A stretch of 64,000 nucleotides of DNA, taken from NCBI GenBank assembly GCA_965637545.1, contig OZ281495.1:31868001-31932000 (forward strand). The letters are read 5' to 3'. Under the pieces are notes generated by a model, which was given only the letters and a program-made list of their open reading frames with translations, ran no database searches and was not told the origin of the DNA. Positions 13,001 to 25,017 of the stretch are shown in pieces; the first letter of the stretch is position 1, and each line of letters starts with the position of its first letter. The stretch is from Phallusia mammillata. Taxonomy: Eukaryota. A program made the position numbers and the translations under genes.

Positions 13001-15831
13001 GATCTTGAAAACAACAAACTCACATCGATTGGGAGAGAGTTCACCACACTCTACGACCTCGGATGGCTTTACCTCGCATCAAACCAGGTGAGAATAAGCA
13101 TGGTCAGCAGAAACATATTTTCAGTTTAATTTATAGTTGGAAATTCTTGCACGATGTTATGTTAAAGCTTCACAAATAAGTTTGCTTTTGCTATAACAAT
13201 AAGTCGTGTGTTAGCCTACTTTATATACACTTAAGCCCACATAATCGGTGTAAATAAATGTAACGCCGGTTTCAAAGCTGATTCGTACTTCGTCAAAAAG
13301 CGCAAATGTTGTCCAAAAAGCAAAAGCCAATCACTCGAAGATAGGAAGAGAAAGAACGTTGCTTATTGCAGCGAAGGAAAGATCGCTTTAGTTTGTTTTA
13401 TTTCAAATTGTGATCCAATGATGGCCTTGGCAATTGCCGTAGTGTTTATGAAAAAAAAAACGTTTCGTTTTTACAAATATCTGGGCCACTAAGAAATAAA
13501 CGAATCGTTTATGACATTATACATTCCAAATACAATAAAAAATATTCACGACAATTACATAGCTAACCAACTTTTTGCATTGATTTTTAGATAAGCGAAA
13601 TTGCTCGGGAATCATTTTCAGGCCTATCGGCTCTGAACCATCTCTCGCTGTTCGGTAACCAACTTACACTCCCCGAATCGGCCTGGTTCAGGGATATCGA
13701 GAACAACAACGGGACGGCTGAGATCGACAGACGCATAAAAACCACTACAGTCTACCCTAACCCGTGGTTGTGCTGCTCAGGAACAATCCTCTACTACCAG
13801 CATTTGTTGACTGTTTCGCGCACCGAGAAAAGTTATAATCAACTCAACCTCGTGTGCTCGTGGCCTGTCGCGCTGTCTGGCCGCTTGATGGCATCGCTGA
13901 GTCTGGAGGAGATGGGAGCAGCGGATTGTGACGATTACACCAAGGTTACGACTTTCCCACCACTGACCACAACAACAGGTAAATGTTTACTGTCAATATA
14001 TTACATTTCAATAAAGCCATCATATATATATATGTTTGTCTTTTCGGGCTAATGTCTTCTTGGTTTCCAGGTTATTTCGTGTTTCTTTGGCAATGTTGCA
14101 TAACAAATCTTGATGTTTTATCTTAAAAAATAATCTTAAAAAAAGCTGTAGTTTAGCATATATTATCCACAACTTGAATCGTCTGTTATAAGAACGCATT
14201 GGTTCACGACGATTTCTGTACAAGCACAGTTTTTATCTCACAATTGTGAGATTTAAACTACATAAGTGTAGCGCCAGTGAAACAATGACTCTTTTACACG
14301 GTTAAAAATATTTGAATACTCATTTTACGAAGCTATTTTAGTAAAGAATATGTTTTAATTACTTCACATCGAATGAATCTGTTTCCTGGAAATGTTTTTC
14401 GTATTGAACATTAGCAGGTTGTTTGTGCTTTGGTTTGTAACTTTGGTATTTTGTCATTGTGCAGTTGTAAGCCTTCCGCCTCCTGAGTCCGAAGGCTACG
14501 TTAACTTCATGGGAGGGATGAACGATGCTGGAGCTTTCTTCCTTCTTATTTTCTTCGCTGTGATTGGTGGATTGATTGTGGGCGGGGCTTGCTACTTCCA
14601 CCGCAACAAGAGGGCAAGGGTTGCTGTACGCGAGTTTATGATGAGTGTACGAGTGGATAAAGCAAAGCCCCATACCAACGCAGAGAGCGCGGTAAGGATA
14701 GTGATCAATGATTGGTGTACAGCAGTGGTTCTCAAACTTTTTTTTGTTGCGACGCCTCTGGAAAAGTTTTCTGGTCTTGCGACGCACCAGCAAATAAAAG
14801 TTAATGAGGAAACTTGTTATTAAAGTTGTGTTTATTGATACAACAACCAAAATCCACGAAACGGGACTATTCTGCGACGCCTTTGGAAAATTGAAACGAC
14901 GCACCAGGGCGTCGCGACGCATAGTTTGAGAACTACTGGTGTACAGTATTGCGGCTGTAAATTGAATAGCTTTGCTACATTTACAATAAGCACAATGGTG
15001 TAACTTACATTCGGAAGTGTAGAGTTGTAAGTGCGCATGAAAAATGAGGCAGAATCCGAAAGTACAAGCCCTTAACCAAGGTTAAATTAAGACATAAATA
15101 CAACCAAGTGTGAACTCAGATCTAAATCAAGCCAATTTTGTTAAAACTTAAGCATGAAGCAAGAGGCCCGGTCCGACTTACAACTTACATACAAGGTTAT
15201 AAAAAGGAGGCACGTTTATTCAGAGGAATTTACATTCCCAGATTTGCGCCTTTGGTATTAGGCCACAAACAGACATCTTTCCCGGTTTAGCGTTACCGTA
15301 ATTTAAAGTAATGACAAACCAGGATAAATAAAACTCAAAAACCTTAAGCATACTATTTCGTCTGGTAAAACAATTTGTAACTTCATTTTTTCATACATAC
15401 CAAACTAAAGCGTTCTGTACACTTAAATCAGTCTGTGTTTTCCGTTATACAATGTAATATAAAAAAAAACACAATTTCGCCGATGAATTGCATCCTCAGT
15501 TCTAAACAAGAAATAAAAAAATAGTTATCAGAAAATATATTTTATACGTAACTGGAATCGCCTGTAATTAGCGCGCGTTGGTTTAGAACGATTTCTTTAC
15601 AATTTTTTATTAATTTATTTTTGCATCTTACAGCCGACCCGACCTTACAAACAGGAACGCACCACCTACGGGGCGAACAACGAGAGTATGGGGCACCACG
15701 CAGCGGACAACGAGGCGGTTCCGACCGATCTACGAATCAGCAACAAGAGATTTAATCACGTGGTTGGGGAAAGCACCGACTACAGTGAAGATGAAGTTTG
15801 GAACGCAAGACAGAAACGTCGGCCATTTTAA
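10041..15831 (+). CDS. Type I single-pass leucine-rich-repeat transmembrane protein (signal peptide, LRRNT, ~5-6 LRRs, LRRCT, TM, Tyr-containing tail); 457 aa, 6 exons
   Basis: Exons 10041-10262, 11296-11428, 12882-13087, 13591-13978, 14465-14691 and 15634-15831; phases 0,1,0,1,0 are consistent. Motifs: MKAASILLLALCAIG signal, CPAPNVHCDC cap, LxxLxLxxNxL repeats, NPWLCC LRRCT, TM AGAFFLLIFFAVIGGLIVGGACYF. No TIR domain. Confidence 0.9.
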
Positions 15832-17395
15832 ATTGTGTTTCAAAGATGACAAAAGTTGTTCTGTGTTTGTAAATCCTAATAAGTTTTGACGCCCAACTAA
15901 CGAACGTGTCTAATACAGCAAAATTGTTTGCTTCTTTGTTTGTTTTTTACTCCTAATGTAAATTGTCGGTCGCTTCATGACCCATTCGAATATCTTCCAT
16001 GTAAGTTTCAAGTGTAATAGTTTGTCACTTGAGAAGGTTTTTTAGAAAAAAGCAAATGTATGTCAACATCTTGCTTAATAAGAATGCTTGAAAAAATCTT
16101 TTGGTTTCAATGAAGAGAATTTCCCAAATACGCGATTAACTGCTGAATTTTTCATCAATATTTGTTTTTCTCTTCCCACAAAACAATTCTCGAATGATAA
16201 TTGCTTTAATTTCGCCCTTTTAATCGACCCACACTCCTCATATCTTTGTACATCCAACATTTTACGAAGTTTGAATAGTTTTTAGTACATGTGTCAATCA
16301 TATGTTTGTATTTTAATAAAACGAGTGTAAAAAGAAGCAAAAAATCTGCAAATAGCAATCCATAGAATTAAATGATCAGTTTAAAACGTGCTTCACACTT
16401 TTCTGTGGAGCAAGTTACATATGATACCAGTATTCGGTTTGCTCAAGCGTGCATATCAGCAACCGAAAGCTGACATGAGTTTCGGGGTTTCATGGTTTAC
16501 TTGACAAAGATGTTTAAAAAGCTATAAAATGAAACCACTAGTATTTACCCACAAAATACAGGATGGTCGCTAGCACATCATAAAGCACTTTTCCAAGGGT
16601 TGTGTTGGCAATACAAAAGGGAAAAAACTGAACCAAACGTGCAGCGTTTATCAGACACATCATTGCCGTAAAATCAAACATAGCTTTGTCGAATAATGAT
16701 TTTTTTTCTAAACCATGGAGTAAAACTCAACGGTAAAACGTCACGTTTTTTCTTAGTTGCTGAGCTCTTTTTGTGTTATGACGCCTAATTTGAAATTAAT
16801 GAGCAAATTCAGGGGCTTGGCTTGTCTAGCTATGAAAGAGGAACGTCTGGAACACACGTAGTTGGCTGGAAACTTAAGGGAGTTACCAAGTATAAACTTA
16901 AATTCCTTTGTGGTTCAAGTTCGAGGTGTGGTGGGGAGCACCTACACGGTTGAGCGCAGAACAAAAGACAAAAACGCACAATTAGTGACCGAACTATCGA
17001 CTCACAATAAAACCTTCAGCACGTAAAATAATAGATAGAGATTTTTGGTTCGCGAGACAGAAAACAGAGCGGGGAATACCCTCAAGGGGAACGCTGCATT
17101 GTGATCGGACAGACCCGACTTGTTGGAGAGCAACTCCAGTCGCCAATTGTATCAGACTGACGGCGAGCCGAGCACGTTTGGTGTTTTTACACAGAGTTTC
17201 TCGGTTGCAAAGACATAAATAGAATTCGGTATGTTACTATTTGCAGGTTTTGCTTGTACATAATATCGCTATAGTTTAGTTTATACACATCAAGGACTTA
17301 AGTACTGGAAAAGTATCGGAGTACAAAAGACTGATCTGTTGAGATTTGAACTTTCAACCACGCCTAATCAGTATAGGAGGATTTTAAAAGACTGA

Positions 17396-18520
17396 ATGCT
17401 GGATCTTCAAGCTGACAAGCAAGATTTTGGCTTCAGCAGTCAAGAAACTAACATGAACCAGTCTTCAGTCAATAGTATCAACACTTCCACAGGCAACAAC
17501 TCCAGTGACTTTATACAGTGGGATGACCAGCAAATCGGTTTAACAGTGTTTCTCGCCCTGCTAACATTAGTTAGTTTTTATGTAACAGCATCTTTGATCT
17601 TGCACGAGTATCGCGTATTTACTCACGTGAACCACAACGGGAGGTTACACGAGGACATCGCGAAGCGAAAGAAACAAGTTCTTGTGAATGTGTTGTGCTT
17701 GGGAGCCGCTATCACTGTAACGGGAAGGTGTTGTGCCGAAATCTCCTACCTCTACCTCGCGACTGCCACAGACTTCAGTTGTACATTGATCCTGCGTGCT
17801 CACATCTGCCTCTTCGCATTGGCCATGACCTTCATCTACGTTTACCTGTGGCATAGGCAGAGATTTCTGTACGAGCAACCGTGTATGAGGATATACAACT
17901 GCAAATTCACAAGGGCGCTTAGTGTGTTTGTACTGGCAACAATGGTGGCCTCCCTCGTGGCTGTGATCGCTCTTTTCATGTCAACTCGATCGTACAGAAC
18001 CCGCCGTGGACGTTGCGAGGTGGTCTCGACCATCTCAGTGCGTTTACCGTGGATCATTTTATCAGCGTTCTCATTAACCTGGCAAGTTGTGCTGTTGTAT
18101 CTATTCGTTGCACCGCTGACAAAACATGCAGCTGGGCGACGAGCTTCCTTCGGTAAAAACGCCAGCGTTCGAAACCACAATAACTTTCAAGTAAAACCAA
18201 CGGTTGTGCGAGTCCTTACCACTGTTAGTTTTTGTGTGGTTTCGGACATTGCAGCAATGGTTGTCACTTTTGTAAGTGGATACTTCGCAAAACCAGTACT
18301 TGTGTCAAATGTTGCCTATGATGTAAGTTTGGTGGTGAATCTAATCAGTATTGTGTGTTCGTTCAAGAACTGGAATCAGCGCTTATTTCCATGGTGTGAG
18401 AAACGTGACAATATAAGACGATTGTCATCTCTAAGAGCAATTTCACCAATAGCCGCAGTAAGTAACCGCTTCTTTCCTGCTGTGGCGCATGGCGGGCACA
18501 CAAACAATATACAAGCGTGA
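17396..18520 (+). CDS. Intronless orphan 7TM (GPCR-like) protein A, 374 aa
   Basis: Seven hydrophobic segments and N-terminal N-glycosylation sequons (NQS, NTS, NNS). Cys at the top of TM3 and in ECL2. YLWHRQRFLY sits where class A receptors have DRY. Confidence 0.85.
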   Translation: MLDLQADKQDFGFSSQETNMNQSSVNSINTSTGNNSSDFIQWDDQQIGLTVFLALLTLVSFYVTASLILHEYRVFTHVNHNGRLHEDIAKRKKQVLVNVLCLGAAITVTGRCCAEISYLYLATATDFSCTLILRAHICLFALAMTFIYVYLWHRQRFLYEQPCMRIYNCKFTRALSVFVLATMVASLVAVIALFMSTRSYRTRRGRCEVVSTISVRLPWIILSAFSLTWQVVLLYLFVAPLTKHAAGRRASFGKNASVRNHNNFQVKPTVVRVLTTVSFCVVSDIAAMVVTFVSGYFAKPVLVSNVAYDVSLVVNLISIVCSFKNWNQRLFPWCEKRDNIRRLSSLRAISPIAAVSNRFFPAVAHGGHTNNIQA

Positions 18521-20017
18521 AGAATTGTAAACAAATATATTTCATTGTTTTCCTTGGCATTTTTGTGGTATTTTTTTACATGTAATATCAAATTACGCGA
18601 CTGCTTACGAGTTTAACATGGTACTTTGTATGTTTTAACTCAACAATAAATGACAGTGTTGTGTTATATTTCCCATTTGATCCTTATAAACGCTTAAATC
18701 ATCAAACAAAATATTGCGTTTATGTTAGTTTGTGTTGTCCCAATGCGTTCAAAACGAAGTGCCTGATATACGGAGCATGTTCTTGATGCTCGATTTGATT
18801 GAGGTTCACTTAACATTTTTGTAACATTAGAGTTTCTGAAACCGGTTCTAATTCTGTATAACGCCGCAAAATTGAGCATTAGAAACAAAGTAAAATGTTT
18901 CATTATGGCGTGGTAAGCGTAAAATCAAATTAAGCCTAACTTAGCAACTGTATGTCATCAAACTCCCCCGAAAAGTCCCCGCATTACGTGGGTAAAAGGC
19001 ATGTTTCGATTGAAATGTTTGCAAACCAAACTTCCCATTATGTGGCCTCGTTCCGTGCTGCTGACAATGAACCACGGTAAGATTGTGGTCGACACAATTC
19101 CAACTCTGCGCTAAAAGAGGGTTTAACCCGGGGTAAAAGATAACAGAAAAAATGCGGAATGAAACGTAATGGTTCCTTGTAACAAGTTCAAAAGAGGTCA
19201 ATGTTAGGTAATGGGAAAACTAACCACGCGTTTTGACTAATTTGAATTTGGAAGTTTAGTATGGTTTTGAAAATAACTTGTAATTAAAAAAAAAATAACT
19301 AAAAAAACTAAATTATACAATCACAAGTAAACAATGTCCCGATATGAAGGATGGTGACATCGGTGGCATATTAGAAGAACGGCACAGTTAAGTACGAAAT
19401 TGTTTTGTCTGAGATGTATCAGTTACATAGACATCTTCAGTATCTTATTCCAATAGAATGTTAAATAACATTAAAAAGTTTCTTCCACAGAATAAACCAA
19501 TTTTGCTTAGTGATACATATACAGGGTTTCAGAAATCACTTAATGTAGATTCCTATAACATTGCATTTTAAATACAATTTTCATGACCTGCTCTAAACGC
19601 CGAATATCGTGACGAAACGAATTTTGATTTCATACAAACAAGTTAGGTAATTGGAGCAGGTCGACGTGTTGTGAGATGATATGAGTAATATCACAAACGC
19701 ACTAAGTATTGCCGCGACGTTAAAAGTTTCACAAAATGTCCCGGTATTCGACGAAAGTGACCCGAACCTAACTATTTTTCCACGGTTTCTTGTAAACCTC
19801 ACAAACGCCAAACTACGTATTCCAGCCGTTTCTGCTGGCTCGTCAACTGACGCAAATTGTTCCGAAAATTTGACAGATTTCTTATTGCTCTGACGATAAA
19901 ACTGTTTAATATTTTCACTTTTGATATTTGTATGATTATACTGCCCACAAATATGATGCTAGCATACGTGAAAGTATTGTATTTCGTGTCTAAAAAGTGT
20001 TTTTTTATCGTTTAGAT

Positions 20018-20336
20018 CAGGGGTGTGCAACCTTTGTTACTGTGGGGCCAAATACAATTGCCAAAATTTGATCGCGGGCCGCACCTGTGTATAACACAAG
20101 GTGATTTTACTTTGTTGCTTACCAAATATGCTTATCTACAAGTAAAATTCGCATTTAATTCCAGCCACATATTCCCTAGTCGCAGGAAACTAGCATCGGG
20201 CGTAATAATCTGCTCAAAAATATAAAATAGTTGGTCTCGTGTGTAAATACATTTAAAATACAAGCGTCTCTACAGGCCGCACAAGCTTTAATCAAGGGCC
20301 GCATTTGGCCCGCGGGCCGCAGGTTGCCCACCCCTG
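20018..20336. mobile_element. hAT (Charlie-like) MITE, 319 bp
   Basis: TIRs caggggtgtgcaacc / ggttgcccacccctg with a perfect 8-bp TSD gtttagat (20010-20017 and 20337-20344) and GGGCCGC subterminal motifs. Confidence 0.9.
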
Positions 20337-21706
20337 GTTTAGATGCATTTTTTTCTACTAACCTCTAGGAATAAATCGAACAAAATCATAATTTTGAAAA
20401 CAAAACTTTGTAAAGTGAACATCTAAGCAGACAGTTCACACATCTACGCGCCAGGATATCCTCCATCATAACCAGCAGCAGTTAATTAGATCGACAAACC
20501 TTGGTTTGCATGTATGTCTAGGTTTGTTTAAATTAGGTTGAGGAATAATGTTACTAAACAAGTCCTGAATATATTTTTTGCATTGCCAAAAATCCCTAGC
20601 CATGCCAGAATTTGACGTTTGTCATGAAATAATCCATAAAATGAAAACAAGTTTAAGCCAACCTTAGATTCAGCGTGGGTTCAAATACAGGACGGCAAAC
20701 AAAACACAGTAAAATGCGTCACTACTGCCAGAAGTTGCTCGAGGCCACCACCTTGCGGTTTAAGAAACAGAATTATTTGTCCACAAAAACATGCTTGCCC
20801 AATATTTAAAAAATATTGGAAAGTCAGCAATACAAATCAAAGATAAAATGAAATTAACACCACAAATAACAGGTGCAAGGGCAAGTTGATGTTATGTAGG
20901 CAAACAAACAAAATAGTTAAAAAGCATGACAGTCTAAAATAAACATTCGATTTTTTATGCTTGCAAATAAAAACAACAACTGTAATTTCTATCGTTGCAT
21001 ATATTACCCATTTTGTCAATATTATTTACAGGCAATCGAATGTTTTTTGGTTAAAGAAGAGTGATTTTATTTCTGCATATTTTCGCATTTTCTATCCTAG
21101 GAAGGCAAAAGCTTCCAAACAAAATACCCACAAAATGAGTTCGCTGACTTGCTGTACGTTTATTAAAGATTATTTTACAATTGATATTTTATTCCGATTA
21201 GAAGTCCGATAGAACCACCAACCTAATGTGTAAAAGCGCGGTGTTGGTTTACTTTTACGAGTTAAGTATTGGGTCTGAACCCCAGGGTCTGTGACATGGC
21301 AACACTTGGGTTTAAAAAAACATTGTGTGAAAAATTGGGTGGTCACGGGAATGCTATTAATTTACGATTCATTTTATAAATTTGGAATCGCTGCAAAATA
21401 GTTTATTCGAACCAATGTAAAATTGCGTTGCTAGTTCTGATTGAATTTGCCCTTTCTTGTTTATGAACCAGTAATGTAAGTGATAATTACTACAACCTCT
21501 ATATCAGTTACGGCATCACGGCGAGTCACGGCGCCCTGGGAATTAAAATGCATGTTATTATCAATGATATCAAAACTGCTGAAGGTTATTCGTCCTTTGC
21601 TGTAATGGTGTCAAATGAAGATAACAAACCTGCATTATTACTCAACAACAAGTGGTACAAAATTTTCAAACCGTGATCCCTAAGCAAATAAGCCGGATCC
21701 CACCTC

Positions 21707-21730
21707 GGGGGGGGGGGGGGGGGGGGGGGG
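21707..21730 (+). repeat. G24 homopolymer
   Basis: 24 consecutive G in an otherwise AT-rich intergenic region. Confidence 0.9.
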
Positions 21731-24700
21731 TTGACCTTGTTTCAGGAAAACTACTTTCCATTCAACCTTGACAGCGAACCCCAGGAGTCCCGGAGTCTGC
21801 GGTTATAGCAGGCGTCGCGCATGGACGAACGGCTATTGTTCTAAATTCTAGAATGCACGACAAACGACAAAGAATCCCCCAAGCGCGTCTACTCTAAGAG
21901 TAATTTGCAACCGTCACTGAATTGATTCAAACAAAGCGTATTTCACAACGATTGGCGTATTATGCAATTAGCAATAAAATCTTTCGACATGGTAGATGAT
22001 CAACATAAATTAGTTAAAACACAAATTAATGTTATAGTTTTATTAAATTTATATTATATTTGAGTAATATTGATTTTGTCCATCGACATGTTAAACATAA
22101 CCGTGTGTAGTGACACTAAATCATGAGCTTAAATATCGGTGATAAAGACATTTCCACTAAAAACCTAATCGCCAAAGGTCTTAGTTTTCGCAAAGGCATT
22201 AAAAATTAAGGTTATGGTTGGGTTTGGTAGTTTCAATGCAAAATGACGTATGTACACTGAATTTTCTTTCATATGCCAATAATTGTTTCCATTCCTTAGG
22301 AAGATAATTATCGAATAAAACGCCAAAGAGCGGGTGATTTATGACAAAGATCACAAAGCCAAGATCGCCGACGAAAGCAACTCTATTAAAACTAGAAGCA
22401 AGACAAAAGAAATTAACATTTTTCTACTGATACAGGCGCCTAAAATAACAGCTTTCGAGCAGGGGCCGAATCTTCGGCGGTTTTTTGTTTCTCGATTGTT
22501 TTCTCTGTTACCACAGTAATGTCGGGGAACGAAGCACAAACAGCGACATGCATGACAGCACACCGGCAAACCTGTGGCGTGCCTAATGAACCATGAAACA
22601 TCATCGCTTTCACCAACCAATTTTTTTCGTTTCTGACTTTCTGCCACAAATTTTGCCGCCGATTCATCAACACTTACACGAATCGATCACAAACGGATTA
22701 TGGGACAATGAAAATGTTTGAATTTGTTTCTTTTTAAATCTCTGCCATGGCAGAAACGTTTTAAAAAATAACATTTAAAAAAAAGTCAAAATAATTTTAT
22801 TTTTATTTTTTTACAAAATCGTAAAAAATAATAAACCAAAACATGAAAGTAAGAAAATATCGATTACTATAGTAATCTAAACAGCTGAAAAAATAAGTCA
22901 AATATGTCACTAATTCGTCAGATGGTTACGGCCGCAGCAAGACTTCTCAATCGCTTCTAATTGACCCTGACGTGTTTGATCAGCTGTGACACATTTTTGG
23001 CGACATCACGCGGTTGCTATAGCAACAAAAAACGGTCGGTGATTAGCCGCAAAACCACACACGCAATGACAGCTGATGCTAGTCCAGGTAAAAAAGTTTG
23101 CACGATATAAATCCTTCAGAATTTATAGTTATCGTTACACTTCGGCATTTCAATCCGATTTCAAATCCAAAATCAACATTTCAATTTCAAAATCAACATG
23201 ACTCAAACAAACGTGTGATATTATATTTTGAAGCAACACTACAAACCTATCACAGCTTATAGCAAAACACGCAACAAATACCAAGGCAAAGTCTAATATA
23301 TTGCTGATCAATTCTGATAACCAAAAGAGCTTTTGGTTCTTCCGTACAAAACAACCGCACATGTCACGACTTTCGCGTCACCGAAACTGAAACAAAAGAT
23401 GGAACCATACACTTTCGTGTCAAGCTCACATTTCAGTTTATCCCTAAATTCGTTTGCGACATCTTTTAGAACCGGAAGTGAAAGTATTTGACTGTGAGTA
23501 AAACGGATAAAAAAACTTCACTTGCGTCAAATGCTTTTAGTTAAGTAACTTTCATGTCCAAGTGCAAATACTCCAAACAAGGTAAGTAGTGGCAGTTATT
23601 CCCTTGAACATATGAAATAACAAATTTTCAGCTTTCACAGTAAACAATCAGTTAAGTCTTCCTTGTACTCGGTGTTTCACCTGCAATACACTTCTGTTGT
23701 CTTAAGATTTAGAGGAGCTACCTTGCACAAATACAAGTACTCCAAACAAGTCAAGTTGTAGTAAGGAACAAAACAAGCCATCCAGCATATGAAGTGCCGA
23801 CATATCAGCTTTAATTTTATGTATAAGTTAAGCTAATCATCAGTTCAGCCTTGCTGGTACTCCGTATTCAATCTTAAACACACTTTTGTTCTTAATATTT
23901 CATCCCAACACGAAATAGACGTCACATCAAACCGCACAGATTGCCAAGACATATCAGACGGGGAAAACCCTACTACGTCATCTCTTCACGTGACGTTGTG
24001 TGCAAGGGGAGTAGGCAAAGTCGGTGATGCGTGTCATGCAGAAACAGCTCGAACAATGGGCTGCTCGGTGAGGCGGAATAGAAACGAGACTAGTTTGTGT
24101 TCGCAAGGATTTAATTTAGAAAACACATTTTCAACAAAACGAGTGTTTACAACAGGTATGGATTAAGTACAAGTTTCAAACGGTGGTTACAAATGTAGTG
24201 AGATGTAAGATTAGTGTTATCAGAGTGAAGAATTGCTGGAATTTCGCCACTTTTAAATCGCCCGTGCAGGCGTAAACAATTTCGCTGCGAAGACAATATG
24301 GAGCCGTGGTGTGCAGTGAGAGTGCACAACAGTTTTTTTTAGCAACACCCTGGATAGGAGTTTGTAAAGCTGCCATAATTAGTCCGAAATGTATCATGTG
24401 TTTGTTTTATGTTTATTACGCAGAGAGAAGCTAAATATACTTTGTAATCTGACCTCATTCGGTCGGCCCTTTTGGTGTATTTTGAAACATAGAACAGTTT
24501 CACAGTCAGGTTTAATGTTTACATAAAGTGTCGACAACGTACACTTCTTTGCTAATACATCGACTTTTGCGCAAATAAATGCCATTTTTTTATTAGCTCA
24601 ATCGCAACAAACTGCCAGAGAGCTTGTTAATAGTGACTAAACTTTATTATAAACCTTTTAACAATCGCTAGTTGGTCGTCCCTGCGAGAAAAGGTTTAAC

Positions 24701-25017
24701 TAAATATAAAAAAATAAAAAACGTAAGGACCAAGCTACGATAATTCCATGTGCAGTAAAGTTTTCAAATAATTTGGTTAATGGAAACAAATGCAAAAATA
24801 CTTTGGTATTTTACGTGCGAGGCTGAGATGTTTCGTTGGCACTTACGTTCCCAATAAGGATTTCTTGAAATAACAATCCAGCTCGAACGGGTGAAGGTTT
24901 TAACCGCGGCAATACATTTCGGCATCGTAATTGACCGACTTTCTTAACCTCAGCTTGTGTTTCCATCTAGAGTTTTCACTTTACACAAGACACGCTGCAT
25001 GTTTGAATAGCTTTATA

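Noticed and set aside
22351-22673. Small gene from the 98-aa and 77-aa minus ORFs or the 25-aa plus ORF after ccacAG (22518)
   Set aside because: No partner exons, domains or consistent splice phases were found; it may be UTR or regulatory sequence.
24931-25017. TTG start for 7TM-B
   Set aside because: Non-AUG starts in the track are not expected here. A splice acceptor at 24970 and an ATG at 25018 directly before TM1 fit better.
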